Positions 13,165 to 25,934 of a stretch of 64,000 nucleotides of DNA are shown here, in pieces (within the stretch, counting starts at the first letter, position 1; each line of letters opens with the position of its first letter). Origin of the DNA: Octopus vulgaris (Eukaryota); NCBI GenBank assembly GCA_951406725.2, contig OX597842.1, positions 1,116,001 to 1,180,000 of the forward strand, read 5' to 3'. Below the pieces are notes generated by a model. It saw nothing but the letters and a program-made list of their open reading frames with translations, did not search any database and was not told where the DNA came from. Both the position numbers and the translations under genes were made by a program.

Positions 13165-13903
13165 AAAGCTCTTGTGCTGGTGTTATGTAAAAAGTACCCA
13201 GTACATACACTATGTAAAGTGGTTGGGTTTATGAAGGACATCCAGTCATAGAGACTAGGCCAAGGTAGGCAACTGGAGCCTGGTGCTTATCGCCTCCTTT
13301 TAAAACATCCAATCCATGTCAGCATGGAAAACAGACGTTAAATGATGATAATCAAATTCAATGACTGGCATCTGTGCTAGCAGCATGCAAAGAGCACCAT
13401 ACGAGTGTGATCGTTGACAGAGCAGCTAACCAGCTTCCATGCCAGTGGCACATAAAAGGCACCATTTGAGTGTGATTGTTACTAGCGTCACCTTACTGGC
13501 ACTTGTGTCCGTGCTAGTAGGGTGCCAAGAGTACCATCCGAGCATGATCATTGCCAGAGCGGCTACCTGGCCTCCATGCCGGTGGCATGTAAAAGACACC
13601 ATTCAAGCATGATCGTTACCAGCGTCGCCTTACTGGCACCTGTGCTGGTGGCATGTGTAAAAAGATTCGAGCGAGGTTGTTGCCAGTACCGCCTGACTGG
13701 CCCCTGTGCTGGTGGCACGTAAAAAACACCCACTACACTCTCGGAGTGGTTGGCATTAGGAAGGGCATCCAGCTGTAGAAACTCTGCCAAATCAAGACTG
13801 GAGCCTGGTGCAGCCATCTGGTTCGCCAGTCCTCAGTCAAAATCGTCCAACCCATGCCAGCATGGAAAGCGGATGTTAAACGATGATGATGATGATGATG
13901 ATG
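13165..13903 (+). mobile_element. Two tandem RTE R1 3' UTR fragments
   Basis: Both end in GTTAAA(C)GATGAT tails (~13350 and 13903). Confidence 0.75.
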
Positions 13904-13924
13904 ACTGATACATATTTTATTCTT

Positions 13925-14278
13925 TTTTCTTTTACTTGTTTCAGTCATTTGACTGCGGTCATGCTGGAGCTATGCCTTGACAAATACAGTCAAACAAATC
14001 ACCCCAAATATTTATTTTTTGACAAATGGTACTTATTCTATTAAATCCCTTTTTACTGAACTGCTAAGTTACAGGGATGTAAACAAACCAACATTGGTTG
14101 CCAAGCAGTGGTGCAACACAGCAACACACATACGTACAAACACAGATAGGCCATGGGCTTCTTTCAGTTTCTGTTTACCAAACTCACTCATAGAGAATTT
14201 ATGTCGCGACGTGGGATTGAACCTGAAGCCATGTGATTGCAAAGCAAGATTCTTAACCTCACAGCTCTGTCTACACTT
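13925..14278 (-). mobile_element. SINE family A, diverged
   Basis: Similar to other copies in the window. Confidence 0.75.
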
Positions 14279-14869
14279 ATAGAAATTATTGTCATTAAAA
14301 CTTACAGAGCTAATAAAATGAATGCCGTTTAGAAAGGCGGCCGGTGGGGAGACGGAGTTTAGGAGAAACAAGAAGATCGTTAAATACACAAGGTGGAAGA
14401 AGACGGAGAAAGCCATAAAGAAAATATCAACATAAAAATTGTAGAATGGAGACAGCAGAAGACATGACAGATGAACAAGACCGAAGCTGGAACGGAGAAG
14501 CGGAAGATTGCTGACAGACGCAGCTGAGAGAAGAAAGAGAGAGAGGAACGGTTAAGACAGACGACACAAGCGAGTTAAATGTGACGGGGACAACAGGCAG
14601 AGCTGACAGTCGGCCCCAATAAAATTCTCGTGGAGACAATGAAGGAATCTGAAATCTGAAGGCTGTATGTAACAAGGATGGAGGAAAATCTGGGGAAACA
14701 GAGACGGATATATAGAATATATAGTCTGAGATGCTGCAAGTTGTTAGATATTGTATTGCAAGGTAAATGGTTTCAAAATCAGTTAATATCATTTCTCTCT
14801 CTCTCTCTCTCTCTCTCTATGTATATATATATATATATATACATACATATATACATATATATATATATA

Positions 14870-15270
14870 AACTCTTTACTCTCTTTTACTCTTTTACTTG
14901 TTTCAGTCATTTGACTGCGGCTATGCTGGAGCACCGCCTTTAATCGAGCAACTCGACCCAGGGACTTATTCTTTGTAAGCCCAGTACTTATTCTATCGGT
15001 CTCTTTTGCCGAACCGCTAAGTGACGGGGACGTAAACACACCAGCATCGGTTGTCAAGCAATGCTAGGGGGACAAACACAGACACACAAATATATATACA
15101 TATATACGACGGGCTTCTTTCAGTTTCCGTCTACCAAATCCACTCACAAGACATTGGTCGACCCGGGGCTATAGCAGAAGACACTTGCCCAAGGTGCCAC
15201 GCAGTGGGACTGAACCCAGAACGATGTGGTTGGTTAGCAAGCTACTTACTACACAGCCACTCCTGCACCT
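14870..15270 (-). mobile_element. SINE family A, full length
   Basis: Near-consensus copy. Confidence 0.9.
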
Positions 15271-15305
15271 ATACATATATATATATATTTATATATATAT
15301 ATCTA

Positions 15306-15357
<52 letters not shown>

Positions 15358-15466
15358 CATATATATATATATATACACACAACAATTGTTTTCGTTTTAG
15401 CACACGATCTCAGATCAAATTACTTGCTAAGCAAGTACATCTCCGTAATATATATATATATATTTC

Positions 15467-15630
15467 TTAATTACCCACAAGGGGCTAAACACAGTGGGGA
15501 CAAACAAGGACAGACACAGGGATTAAGTCGATTACATCGACCCCAGAGTGAAACTGGTACTTTATTTATCGACCCCGAACAGATGAAAGGCAAAGTCGAC
15601 CTAGGCGGAATTTGAACTCAGAATGTAACG
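15467..15630 (-). mobile_element. SINE family B 3' part
   Basis: Reverse complement of ~29410-29570. Confidence 0.8.
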
Positions 15631-15770
15631 ACAGTACATATATACATATATACATATACATATATGTACCGTTAAGTACATATATACATGTGTATATATA
15701 TATATATATATATATGTATATGTATATATAGTTACATATATATATGTGTGTGTGTGTGTATATATGTATA

Positions 15771-15801
<31 letters not shown>

Positions 15802-16037
15802 TTATTGATAGAAATGGTAAGACAACAAAAGAATAAAAGAGACCTCGATATTATGTAAATAGAGGAATTCATCTGTAAATGTAATATTTACACCATAGCA
15901 TTTTTTCCGATGGCCGGATAACTGAAGAGATGGCAGCGTGGATTTCCACCCCAACATCCAACCCTCAGACTTTTATTATGGTTACTGAATAATTATCACA
16001 TATTACATTTACAGATGTATATATATATATATATACA

Positions 16038-16266
16038 CTTTATTTTAAGCAGCAGAAAATTCAACAAAATCTGTTACTCTGAGTTTCTCGTTGCCGTTCA
16101 TCAGACAATTTTTGCTAGCAAAAACTGTCTGATGAACGGCAACGAGAAACTCAGTGTAACAGATTTTGTTGAATTTTCTGCTGCTTAAAATAAAGCATAT
16201 TACTCTACCACTGGTATTTGAGTACTCTTTTTTCCACCTTGTTTCACATTTATGTGTTTACTCCAG
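16038..16266. mobile_element. Penelope-like fold-back insert in (TA)n: 79-bp arms (16038-16116 / 16117-16195) plus a one-sided extension
   Basis: Near-perfect palindrome centred on GCTAGC; each arm contains a hammerhead motif. Confidence 0.75.
16125..16162 (+). ncRNA. Minimal type-I hammerhead ribozyme motif (mirror copy on the minus strand at ~16071-16108)
   Basis: CUGU-CUGAUGA-ACG(GCAA)CGA-GAAA-CUCAGU-GUA-ACAG. There is an A.A mismatch at the base of stem II. Confidence 0.65.
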
Positions 16267-16294
16267 TATATATATATATATATATACATATATA

Positions 16295-16668
16295 TATTCT
16301 TTATTCTTTTACATGTTTCAGTCATTTGACTGTGGCCATGTTGGGGCACCACCGTAAAAAGTTTTAGTTGAAGAAATTAACCCCAAGACTTATTCTTTGT
16401 AAGCCTAGTATTTATTCTGTGCCCACCCCCTTCTCTTTGCTGAAATACTAAGTTACAGGAACATAAACACACCAGCATCAGATACCAAGCAATGGTGGGC
16501 AGGCAAACACACACACACACAAAGACACACACATAAATATACACACACACACACACACACACACATATATGTCAGGCTTCTTTCCATTTCCATCTCCCAA
16601 ATTCACTCACAAGGCTTTGGTCAGCATGAGCCTGTAGTAGAAGACACTTTCCCAAGGTGCCACACGGT
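16295..16668 (-). mobile_element. SINE family A, diverged
   Basis: Similar to other copies in the window. Confidence 0.8.
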
Positions 16669-16794
16669 GGATCCTCAATTTGCTATTTTCTTGTGTGAAC
16701 CCCCAAGAATCTTATATGGACCCTCAGGGGCCATACGGACCCCAGTTGAGGACCACTGGTCTAAAGTATAATATAATGAGTATAAGTGGTTTTA

Positions 16795-17258
16795 GTTGCT
16801 TTGCCCCAGGTCAGTCTTGATCTAGCAGACCTATGATCAAAGATGTTCCAGCTGTGGCCATCCCATCTGTTATTCAGTGTAAGTAGGACTACATTATCTA
16901 ACATATAGTATAAGAGTTAGTATTAGTGGCTATTGTTGTTTAACCCCAGGTCAGTCCTGATTCAACAGCCCTATGATCAAAGATGTTCCAGCTGTGACCA
17001 TCCCATCTTTTATTCAGGCATAGTGTATCTAGGACTACATTATCTCATATATAGCACAGAAATTAGTTTTTGTGGCTATAGTTGTTGCTGTTTAGGTGTA
17101 TCTAGGAGTACATTGTCGAATGTAGTTAGTATTAGTGGCTACAGTGGTTGTTTAGTCCCAGGTCAGTCCTAATCCAGCCGAACTATGATCAAAAACGTTC
17201 CAGCTGTGACCATCCCATCTTTTATTCAGACATAGTGTATCTGGGACTACATTATCTA
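16795..17258 (-). repeat. Tandem ~150-bp units resembling a retroposon 3' end with (AAC)n tail; same family at 45700-46900
   Basis: CCCCAGGTCAGTC...TATGATCAAAGATGTTCCAGCTGTGACCATCCC recurs at ~16805, 16945 and 17157. Confidence 0.75.
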
Positions 17259-17259
17259 A

Positions 17260-18419
17260 AGCAGGACTTTTCTATGGACCCATTTGATTACTGTTTTATC
17301 CTGGTGACCCCATCCCATAACCATTCAATGTTTAAAAACTAGGGAAGATAAGAACCTCCACCACACATTAACTTGTGTCGGTTGAATTATGTAAAATGTT
17401 AAAGAAAGAAACCTAACTGTTTCTTGCAAGACATACAGCTAAAGCAAAACTTTTTTAGAAACCCTTAAAATACTATAGTGGATCCCTAATTTACTATTTT
17501 GCTTGTGTGGATCCCCCTTTGATTACTGTTCTATTCTGGTGGCCCCTCATACCATTCAGTATTTAAAAACTAATTTTACAGATCCTTCTTTCAAAAGAAT
17601 ACATACAGCTAAAGCAAAACTTTTTTAGAAACCCTTAAAATACTATAGTGGATCCCTAATTTACTATTTTGCTTGTGTGGATCCCCCTTTGATTACTGTT
17701 CTATTCTAGTGGATCCCCATAGCCGTTTGATGTGTAAAAACTACTTTTACAGAATATCATTTGTTGATGCTTTCACCCATTAACTTGTGTCGGTTGAACC
17801 ATGTAAAATATTAGAGAAAGAAACCCAGCTGTTTCTTGCAATACAACACCAATACATACATCTAAAGTAATGTTAGAGAATGGACCCTTAAAATACTACC
17901 ACAGATTCTCAATTTACTATTTTGCTAGCTTGGACCCCCTTAAATTATTATTGTATTTTGGTGGACCTCTATAGCCATTCAATGTTTAAAAACTAGTTTT
18001 ATAGAATGTCATTAATTAATGTTTTTCACACATTAATTTCTTTAGGTTGAACTGGGTAAAAGGATACAGAAAGAAACCTGTTTATTGCAAACATACATCT
18101 AAAACAAAATTTTTTGGGGGGCCCTTAAAATACTATTATGGATCCCTAGTTTACTATTTTGCTTGTGTGGAGCCCTTTTGATCATTATTTTCTGTTGGGT
18201 CCCCATAGCCACTTGATGTATGAAGATTGAACTATGTAAAATGTTGGAGAAGGAAACCTAGATATTTCTTGTAATACATACCAACACATACATCTAAACT
18301 TTTTCCAGGGGCCCTTGAAATATACTATTGTGGATCCCCAGTTTACCATTTTGTGGCATGAATGCCCAAAATTCTTAAGTGGACTCTTAAAGATCATATG
18401 GAGTCTGGTTGAGAACTAC
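17260..18419. mobile_element. hAT-like non-autonomous element with internal tandem duplications; another end fragment at 16668-16758
   Basis: Ends GGTTGAGAACTAC and AGTTGAGGACCACTG resemble the reverse of the hAT-type CAGTGGTTCTCAACC. 17432-17537 is repeated at 17601-17707. Confidence 0.5.
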
Positions 18420-18495
18420 AAAGCTGTCTTCACAGCCTTTCTACATTCATGAATTTCTTTATTCAGCGCTGATAGGTTTGTTTGGAAAATACACA

Positions 18496-18534
<39 letters not shown>

Positions 18535-18954
18535 GATGGGCTTCTTTCAGTTTCCATCTACCAAATCACTCACAAGGCTTTGGTCGGTCCGGGGCTATAA
18601 TAGAAGACACCTGACCAGGGTGCCACTCAATGGGACTGAACCCAGAACCATGAAGCTGGAAAGCAAGCTTCCAAACTTCTCTTAAAGACTTTCATTTACC
18701 AATTCCACCACCATGTTGAATCTCAAAGAATCTAAGTTACCAATATTTAAGACGTCATCCTTTTGATTCCATCTCCCTGCAAATATCCGTGTATGTCTGT
18801 CTTTTTGCTCCCCTCCATCTTTATTCCAGACTCTTTCAGTCTTAGAAAATTCATCTGTTGTCTTTCATCGTAATTCTATCATTTTTCTATCTTCTATCAC
18901 ACCATATTCTCTTCGGTTTTTGTCTTCTGCCACCACTGTCTCTACTACCACTTT

Positions 18955-19491
18955 CTCCTCTTCTGCTGCCAATTCTTCTTCTTCTTCTTCTTCTTCTTCT
19001 TCTTCCAATTCTTCTCCTTCTTCTTCCTTTTCTTATTTTTTTTCTTCTTCTTCCTCTTCTTCTTCTTCTTCCAATTCTTCTCCTTCTTCTTCCTTTTCTT
19101 ATTTTTTTTCTTCTTCTTCCTCTTCTTCTTCTTCTTCCAATTCTTCTTCTTCTTCTTCTTCTTCTTCTTCTTCTTCTTCTTCCAATTCTTCTTCTTCTTC
19201 TTCCAATTCTTCTCCTTCTTCTTCCAATTCTTCTTCTTCCTTTTCTTATTTTTTTTCTTCTTCTTCCTCTTCTTCTTCTTCTTCCAATTCTTCTTCTTCT
19301 TCTTCCTTTTCTTATTTTTCTTCTTCTTCTTCCAATTCTTCTTCTTTTTCTTCTTCCTTTTCTTCTTATTTTTTCTTCTTCTTCTTCTTCACCTCCTCCT
19401 CCTCTTCTTCTTCTTCCAATTCTTCTTCTTCTTCACCTCCTCCTCCTCTTCTTCCAATTCTTCTTCTTCACCTTCTCCTCCTCCTCCACAT

Positions 19492-19553
<62 letters not shown>

Positions 19554-19570
19554 CCATCATCATCATCTTT
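18955..19570. repeat. (TTC)n compound microsatellite with ~63-bp higher-order units, ending in (CAT)n
   Basis: Seen directly. Confidence 0.95.
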
Positions 19571-20099
19571 CTTTTTCTACAGCTTTCTCTCATACCCATC
19601 CACCTATTCACCCATCCACCCATCCATCCGTCCATCCCACATTTCGTCTTCTGTCTTTAAGCGTCTCCGGTTCGTCTAAATTGTATCTTTTGTCATTTTA
19701 ATACCGCCATTCATAATAAAACACGTAAGTTTCCCCACAACAATAACACAGTAACTGTTACATTACCTCATCACCTCAACCTTACACATAACATCGACAA
19801 CAGACGATGACCTACTTTGAAACAGCTTAATTCTCAATAATATCAGCATTGTCCTTCTTTGTCTCAACCTTCTGACTTCTGGGAAGCAATCAGCATCTTT
19901 TTCATTCAGTTTTTCTCCGTCTTCATTCAATTTACGATCTCTAGTCTTCTTATTTGCTTATTTTCAAAATGAATTTCCATTGTGTCTTCTGCTATTTCTG
20001 TGTTTGTCGTCTGCTTACCTCTACGTCTCGTCTGTCGTCTGTCGTCTGCTGTCATCTGGAAGTCTACTTTATATACGGCTTTTCCCTGCCCTCTTCATT

Positions 20100-20331
20100 A
20101 ACCACCATTTCCACTTCTCATTCTTCTTCTTCTTTTCCTTCTTTTTCGTTTTCTTCTTTTTCTTCTTTCAATACTTCTTCTTCTTCTTCTTTTTCTCCTC
20201 CTCCTCCTTGTCTTTCTTCTTTTCCTCCTTCCCCTCCTCCTTCTTCTTCTTCTTTCAATACTTCTTCTTCTTCTTCTTGTCCTTCTTCTTCTTCTTCCAA
20301 TTCTTCTTTTTCTTCTTTCAATACTTCTCAA

Positions 20332-20363
<32 letters not shown>

Positions 20364-20620
20364 CTTCTTCTTCCTCCTTCTTTTCCTCCTCCCCCTCCTC
20401 CTCCTTATTCTTCTTCTTCCAATTCTTCTTCTTCTTCTCCTCCTCCTCCTCCTTGTCGTTCTTCTTCTTCTTCTTCTTGTCCTTCTCTTTCTTCTTGTCC
20501 TTCTTCTTCTTCTTCTCCTCCTCCGCCTTGTTGTTGTTCTTCTTCTCCCAATTTTCCTCCTCCTTCCACTTCTTCATCTTCATCTTTTTTCAACCCTCTC
20601 CTCCTCCTCCTCCCACTCCC
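20100..20620. repeat. (TTC)/(TCC) pyrimidine-rich microsatellite
   Basis: Seen directly. Confidence 0.95.
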
Positions 20621-20864
20621 GATCGTCTGTTTGTTTTCACTTTCTGCCCTTTTGCCTTCTATCTTCTGTCACCTGTCACCTGTCTCTCACAATTTCTCAT
20701 CAAATATCCTTTTCCATTCTCCGTTCTCCTCCATCTTTAAACATTTCTGTCATCTACCTCGTTTTTAAAACACCATTCTTTTAGTATCCAACTTATTCAT
20801 AACAGCAACACCAATCATGTCATTTCCCTCCATAATTCCTTTCTACATACATATCAATAACAGA

Positions 20865-21098
20865 AGCACTCAAATCTTTAGGAATACTTACAAATGCACT
20901 TACAACTACAGGGATACATTTTACCCCCATTTTCCAAAGCCTCCGTAACTCAATGGCCAGGTCCTGGTACTTGCTATTTTCTGTATAGTTTTCGTATTAA
21001 GTCTCTCATTATTTTGGGGCAAAATGTCAATTATCTGGCATTTTCTGTCCTTGTTATCTACTACTACTAAATAAGGCCTTCTAGCTTCTATTACTCTA
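20865..21098 (-). mobile_element. Restriction-like endonuclease fragment of an R4/Dong-type non-LTR retrotransposon (frameshifted)
   Basis: Manual translation: RVIEARRPYLVVVDNKDRKCQIID.../KYQDLAIELRRLWKMGVKCIPVVV. Confidence 0.75.
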
Positions 21099-21250
21099 AT
21101 TCCGTTGAGGTCGACTTTGCCTTTCGTCCTTTCGGGGTCGATAAATTAAGTACCAGTTACGCACTGGAGTCGATATAATCGACTTAACACCTATGTCTGT
21201 CCTTGTTTGTCGCCTCTATGTTTAGCCCCTTGTGGGCAATAAAGAAATAT
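21095..21250 (+). mobile_element. SINE family B 3' part
   Basis: GAGGTCGACTTTGCCTTTC...GGGCAATAAAGAAATA. Confidence 0.8.
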
Positions 21251-21259
21251 ATTACTCTG

Positions 21260-21261
<2 letters not shown>

Positions 21262-21290
<29 letters not shown>

Positions 21291-21842
21291 TTTAGCGTCC
21301 GCTTTCCATGCTAGCATGGGTTGGACGGTTCAACTGGGGTCTGGGAAGCCAGAAGGCTGCACCAGGCCCAGTCTGATCTGGCAATGTTTCTACGGCTGTA
21401 TGCCCTTCCTAACGCCAACCACTCTGTGAGTGTAGAGGGTGCTTTTTACGTGCCAGATGAGGCTATATATATATATCATCATCATCATCATCGTTTAACG
21501 TCCGTTCTCCATGCTAGCATGGGTTGGACTGTTCAACTGGGGTCTGGGAAGCCGGAAGGCTGACCCAGGCCCAGTCTGATCTGGCAATGTTTCTACGGCT
21601 GGATGCCCTTCCTAACACCAACCACTCCGAGAGTGTAGTGGGTGCTTTTTACGTGCCAACGGCACAGGTGCCAGACGGGTCTGGCAAACGGCCACGGTCG
21701 GATGGTGCTTTTTACATGCCACTGGCACAGAGGCCCATCGGGGGCGGTGCTGGCAATGGCCACGTTCAGATGGTTCTCTTACGTGCCACCGGCACTGGTA
21801 TCACAGCTGCAATTTCCATTGATGTTTATCGATTTCGATTTT
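21262..21842 (-). mobile_element. Two RTE R1 3' UTR fragments
   Basis: (CAT)n tails at 21262 and 21477; GGATGCCCTTCCTAAC motif. Confidence 0.8.
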
Positions 21843-22127
21843 GCTGAATGTTAAAGTCCCACATATTATATTTCTTATTTTATAGTACTTTACTAAGTTC
21901 ATCTTCATACCATTTATCAGTATGGTTAAATCCTAGCTTTCTACATAACTCCCAGTCAATTATTCTCCCTAGAATACCAATTCCTATTGTGTATTCTTTC
22001 TATATTCACTTGCTATATGAATAACACTTTTCCTCTTTCGATTTACATAACCTGCATTGGAATCTACCTGTCCTTTTTTTTTTTCTGTCTTAGCGTTTAT
22101 CCAATTAGTCCTCAATCATCATCATCA

Positions 22128-22161
<34 letters not shown>

Positions 22162-22188
22162 CATTATTGATATTATTATTATTATTAT

Positions 22189-22695
22189 TGAGTGAGAGAG
22201 CAGTGCATGCCATCAAAGTGACACTGGGGTGCAAATATACAAAGCCCAGTATACCCATCATGACTACCCATCTGATAAGGGTACACTAGGCACATGCATC
22301 ACAACCATATGTGCACAACATGGTGATCACATATCAAGATAAACAGCACATGACCTTGCAGGTAGGGTCCAGTTAGAATTTTCTTCTGGTCGAATAGCCC
22401 ATCCTACTCAAAAGGTCCCTGAATAAGGGTTGTTGAAGAATGTTGAACAAAACACTCATGTTTCCAGAGGTGAATTATCTAAACCCCAAAGAATCCCTCT
22501 CAACACATGGCTATGATGCTCCCCCACTACTTCTGCTCGTGATCAGAGATGCACATATCATCAGCCACTAAGGGACATGGTCAACTGGTTAAGGTCAAAC
22601 AACTGACAAGTAAATCTGTGGTATTGAGCAGAATATTTGCTGTAGCCCATCTTTTATACCAAGACACAACAATGTACATAACACTTCCATTTAGC
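22189..22695 (-). mobile_element. Retroposon 3' end with (TAA)n tail; copies at 26780-26980 and 51825-52260
   Basis: GAGTGAGAGAGCAGTGCATGCCATCAAAGTGACACTGGGGT is shared with 51825. Confidence 0.75.
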
Positions 22696-22699
22696 TTTA

Positions 22700-22774
<75 letters not shown>

Positions 22775-22776
<2 letters not shown>

Positions 22777-22993
22777 GGTGTCAAGTTGGCAGAAATGTTA
22801 GCATGTTGGGCAAAATGCTTAACAGTATTTTATCTGTCTTTATGTTCTGAGTTCAAATTCCATTGAGGTCAACTTTGTCTTTCATCCTTTCGGGGTCGTC
22901 AAATTAAGTACCAGTTGTGTACTGAGGTTGATCTAACTGACCGGCCCCCACCTTTCTACAAAAATTTTGGGCCCTGTGCCTGGAGTAGAAAAG

Positions 22994-23025
<32 letters not shown>

Positions 23026-23245
23026 CATTATCATCATCATCATTATTATAATTATTATCATTATTAAGGCAGTGAGCTAGCAGAGTCGTTAGTCCACAGG
23101 GCAACATGCTTGGTGGTATTCCGTTTGTCTTTACATTCTGAGTTCAAATCCTGCCGAGGTCGACTTCGCTCTTCATCCTTTCAGGATCAATAAATTAAGT
23201 ACCAGTTGAATACTGGGGTCGACGTGCTTATAGTAGAAAGGATTA
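22775..23245 (+). mobile_element. Two SINE family B copies separated by (ATT)n
   Basis: Heads AAGG..GC.AG.TGGCAGA..GTTAG; central TTCATCCTTTC.GGGTC. Confidence 0.75.
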
Positions 23246-23687
23246 TTATTATCATCGTTGTTGCTCTAGTCATAATTATTGTTGTTGCTGTTGTTATTTC
23301 ATGTGACAATTACATACTAATTACTTCATCTTGCGTCAACGGAGGAAGAAAAGAAGACAATATCTTCCAACAGTTACCATTCTACATTAGTTCTTTTTCT
23401 TCCAGAATTCTTCCTTCTTTTACTGTCTTTGGACTACAGACATTTCCAGTCTCTACACGATTTTTGTTTGGCCAACTGTCAGCCTTGTCAACAGTACATC
23501 TCTTATACAAGCTTCTGTCTTCTCTCAAACAGCTTCTGTCTTCTGGTTCTTCTCTCTCTCATTCTCTCTTTCTCCTCTGACAGTTGTATTTGTCACTTGG
23601 TTTCTAGTTTCGCTTTTGTTCTCTGTTCCATCTACTCTGTTCGTTATTCTGCAGTTTTTAGCATCATTACAATCATCATCATCATCA

Positions 23688-24150
23688 AGGCATAGGAGTG
23701 GCTGTAATTACAATCATCATCATCATCAAGGCATAGGAGTGGCTGTATGGTAAGCAGCTTGCTTATCAACCACATGGTCCTGGGTTCATTCCCACTGTGT
23801 TGTACCTTGGGCAAGTGTCTTCTACTATAGCCTTGAGTCGACCAATGCCTTGTGAGTGAATTTGGTAGACGGAAACTGAAAGAATTCCATCGTAAATATG
23901 TATATATATATATGTACGTGTATGTGTATGTGTTTGTGTGTCTGTGTTTGTCCCCCCAACATCGCTTGACAACCGACGCTGGTGTGTTTACGTCCTCGTC
24001 ACTTAGTGCTTTGGTGAAAGAGATCGATAGAATAAGTACTAGGCTTACAAAGAATAAGTCCTGGGGATCGATTTGCTCGACTGAAGGTGGTGCTCCAGCA
24101 TGGCCACAGTCAAATGACTGAAACAAGTAACAGAGTAACAGAGTATCAGA
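23688..24150 (+). mobile_element. SINE family A with a short duplicated 5' junction
   Basis: ACAATCATCATCATCATCAAGGCATAGGAGTGGCTGTA occurs twice. Confidence 0.85.
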
Positions 24151-24154
24151 GTAA

Positions 24155-24350
24155 CATTTAACATCAGTTTTCCATGTGGACATGGGTTGGATGCCTTGAC
24201 AGGAACTGACAAGGCCAAGAGGCCACACCAGGTTGCATGGTATGTTTTTGACTTGGTTTCTACAGCTTGATGCCCTTCCTAATGCCAACCAATTTACAAA
24301 GTGAACTGGGTGCTTTTTACATGATACTATCACCAAGCTTTTTAAGTTGC
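24155..24350 (-). mobile_element. RTE R1 3' UTR fragment grading into the satellite
   Basis: TTTAACATCAGTTTTCCATG...GATGCCCTTCCTAATGCCAACC...GGGTGCTTTTTAC. Confidence 0.75.
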
Positions 24351-25915
24351 ACCAGCACAAGTGCCTTTTAAGTGGCACCAGCACCAGTGCTTTTTAAGTG
24401 GCACCAGCACCAGTGCCTTTTAAGTGGCACCATCACCAGTGCTTTTTAAGTGGCACCAGCACCAGTGCTTTTTAAGTGGCACCATCACCAGTGCTTTTTA
24501 AGTGGCACCATCACCAGTGCTTTTTAAGTGGCACCAGCACCAGTGCCTTTAAGTGGCACCATCACCAGTGCTTTTTAAGTGGCACCAGCACCAGTGCTTT
24601 TTAAGTGGCACCATCACCAGTGCTTTTTAAGTGGCACCATCACCAGTGCTTTTAAGTGGCACCAGCACCAGTGCCTTTTAAGTGGCACCATCACCAGTGC
24701 TTTTTAAGTGGCACCAGCACCAGTGCTTTTTAAGTGGCACCAGCACCAGTGCCTTTTAAGTGGCACCAGCACCAGTGCTTTTTAAGTGGCACCATCACCA
24801 GTGCTTTTTAAGTGGCACCAGCACCAGTGCTTTTAAGTGGCACCATCACCAGTGCTTTTTAAGTGGCACCAGCACCAGTGCCTTTTAAGTGGCACCATCA
24901 CCAGTGCTTTTAAGTGGCACCATCACCAGTGCTTTTTAAGTGGCACCAGCACCAGTGCTTTTAAGTGGCACCATCACCAGTGCTTTTTAAGTGGCACCAG
25001 CACCAGTGCCTTTTAAGTGGCACCAGCACCAGTGCTTTTTAAGTGGCACCATCACCAGTGCTTTTTAAGTGGCACCATCACCAGTGCTTTTTAAGTGGCA
25101 CCAGCACCAGTGCCTTTTAAGTGGCACCAGCACCAGTGCTTTTTAAGTGGCACCAGCACCAGTGCCTTTTAAGTGGCACCATCACCAGTGCTTTTTAAGT
25201 GGCACCAGCACCAGTGCTTTTTAAGTGGCACCATCACCAGTGCTTTTAAGTGGCACCATCACCAGTGCTTTTTAAGTGGCACCAGCACCAGTGCCTTTTA
25301 AGTGGCACCATCACCAGTGCTTTTAAGTGGCACCAGCACCAGTGCTTTTAGTGGCACCATCACCAGTGCTTTTTAAGTGGCACCATCACCAGTGCTTTTT
25401 AAGTGGCACCAGCACCAGTGCCTTTTTAAGTGGCACCATCACCAGTGCTTTTAAGTGGCACCAGCACCAGTGCTTTTTAAGTGACACCATCACCAGTGCT
25501 TTTAAGTGGCACCATCACCAGTGCCTTTTAAGTGGCACCAGCACCAGTGCCTTTTAAGTGGCACCAGCACCAGTGCTTTTAAGTGGCACCATCACCAGTG
25601 CTTTTTAGTGGCACCATCACCAGTGCTTTTAAGTGGCACCAGCACCAGTGCTTTTTAAGTGGCACCATCACCAGTGCTTTTTAAGTGGCACCAGCACCAG
25701 TGCTTTTTAAGTGGCACCAGCACCAGTGCTTTTTAAGTGGCACCAGCACCAGTGCTTTTTAAGTGGCACCAGCACCAGTGCCTTTTAAGTGGCACCAGCA
25801 CCAGTGCCTTTTAAGTGGCACCAGCACCAGTGCTTTTTAAGTGGCACCATCACCAGTGCTTTTTACGTGGCACCATTACCAGTATTCTTTATGTGGTACC
25901 AGCACCATTGTTTTT
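24350..25915. repeat. Minisatellite, 25-26 bp unit AAGTGGCACCA(G/T)CACCAGTGC(C/T)TTT(T), about 60 copies
   Basis: Seen directly. Confidence 0.97.
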
Positions 25916-25934
25916 ATGTGATCCCATCAGCTGT

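Noticed and set aside
18858-20784. Long poly-S/L/F/E ORFs
   Set aside because: Translations of stop-free (TTC)n tracts.
24350-25915. Possible CRISPR array
   Set aside because: Units are contiguous with no unique spacers, there are no cas genes, and the context is eukaryotic.
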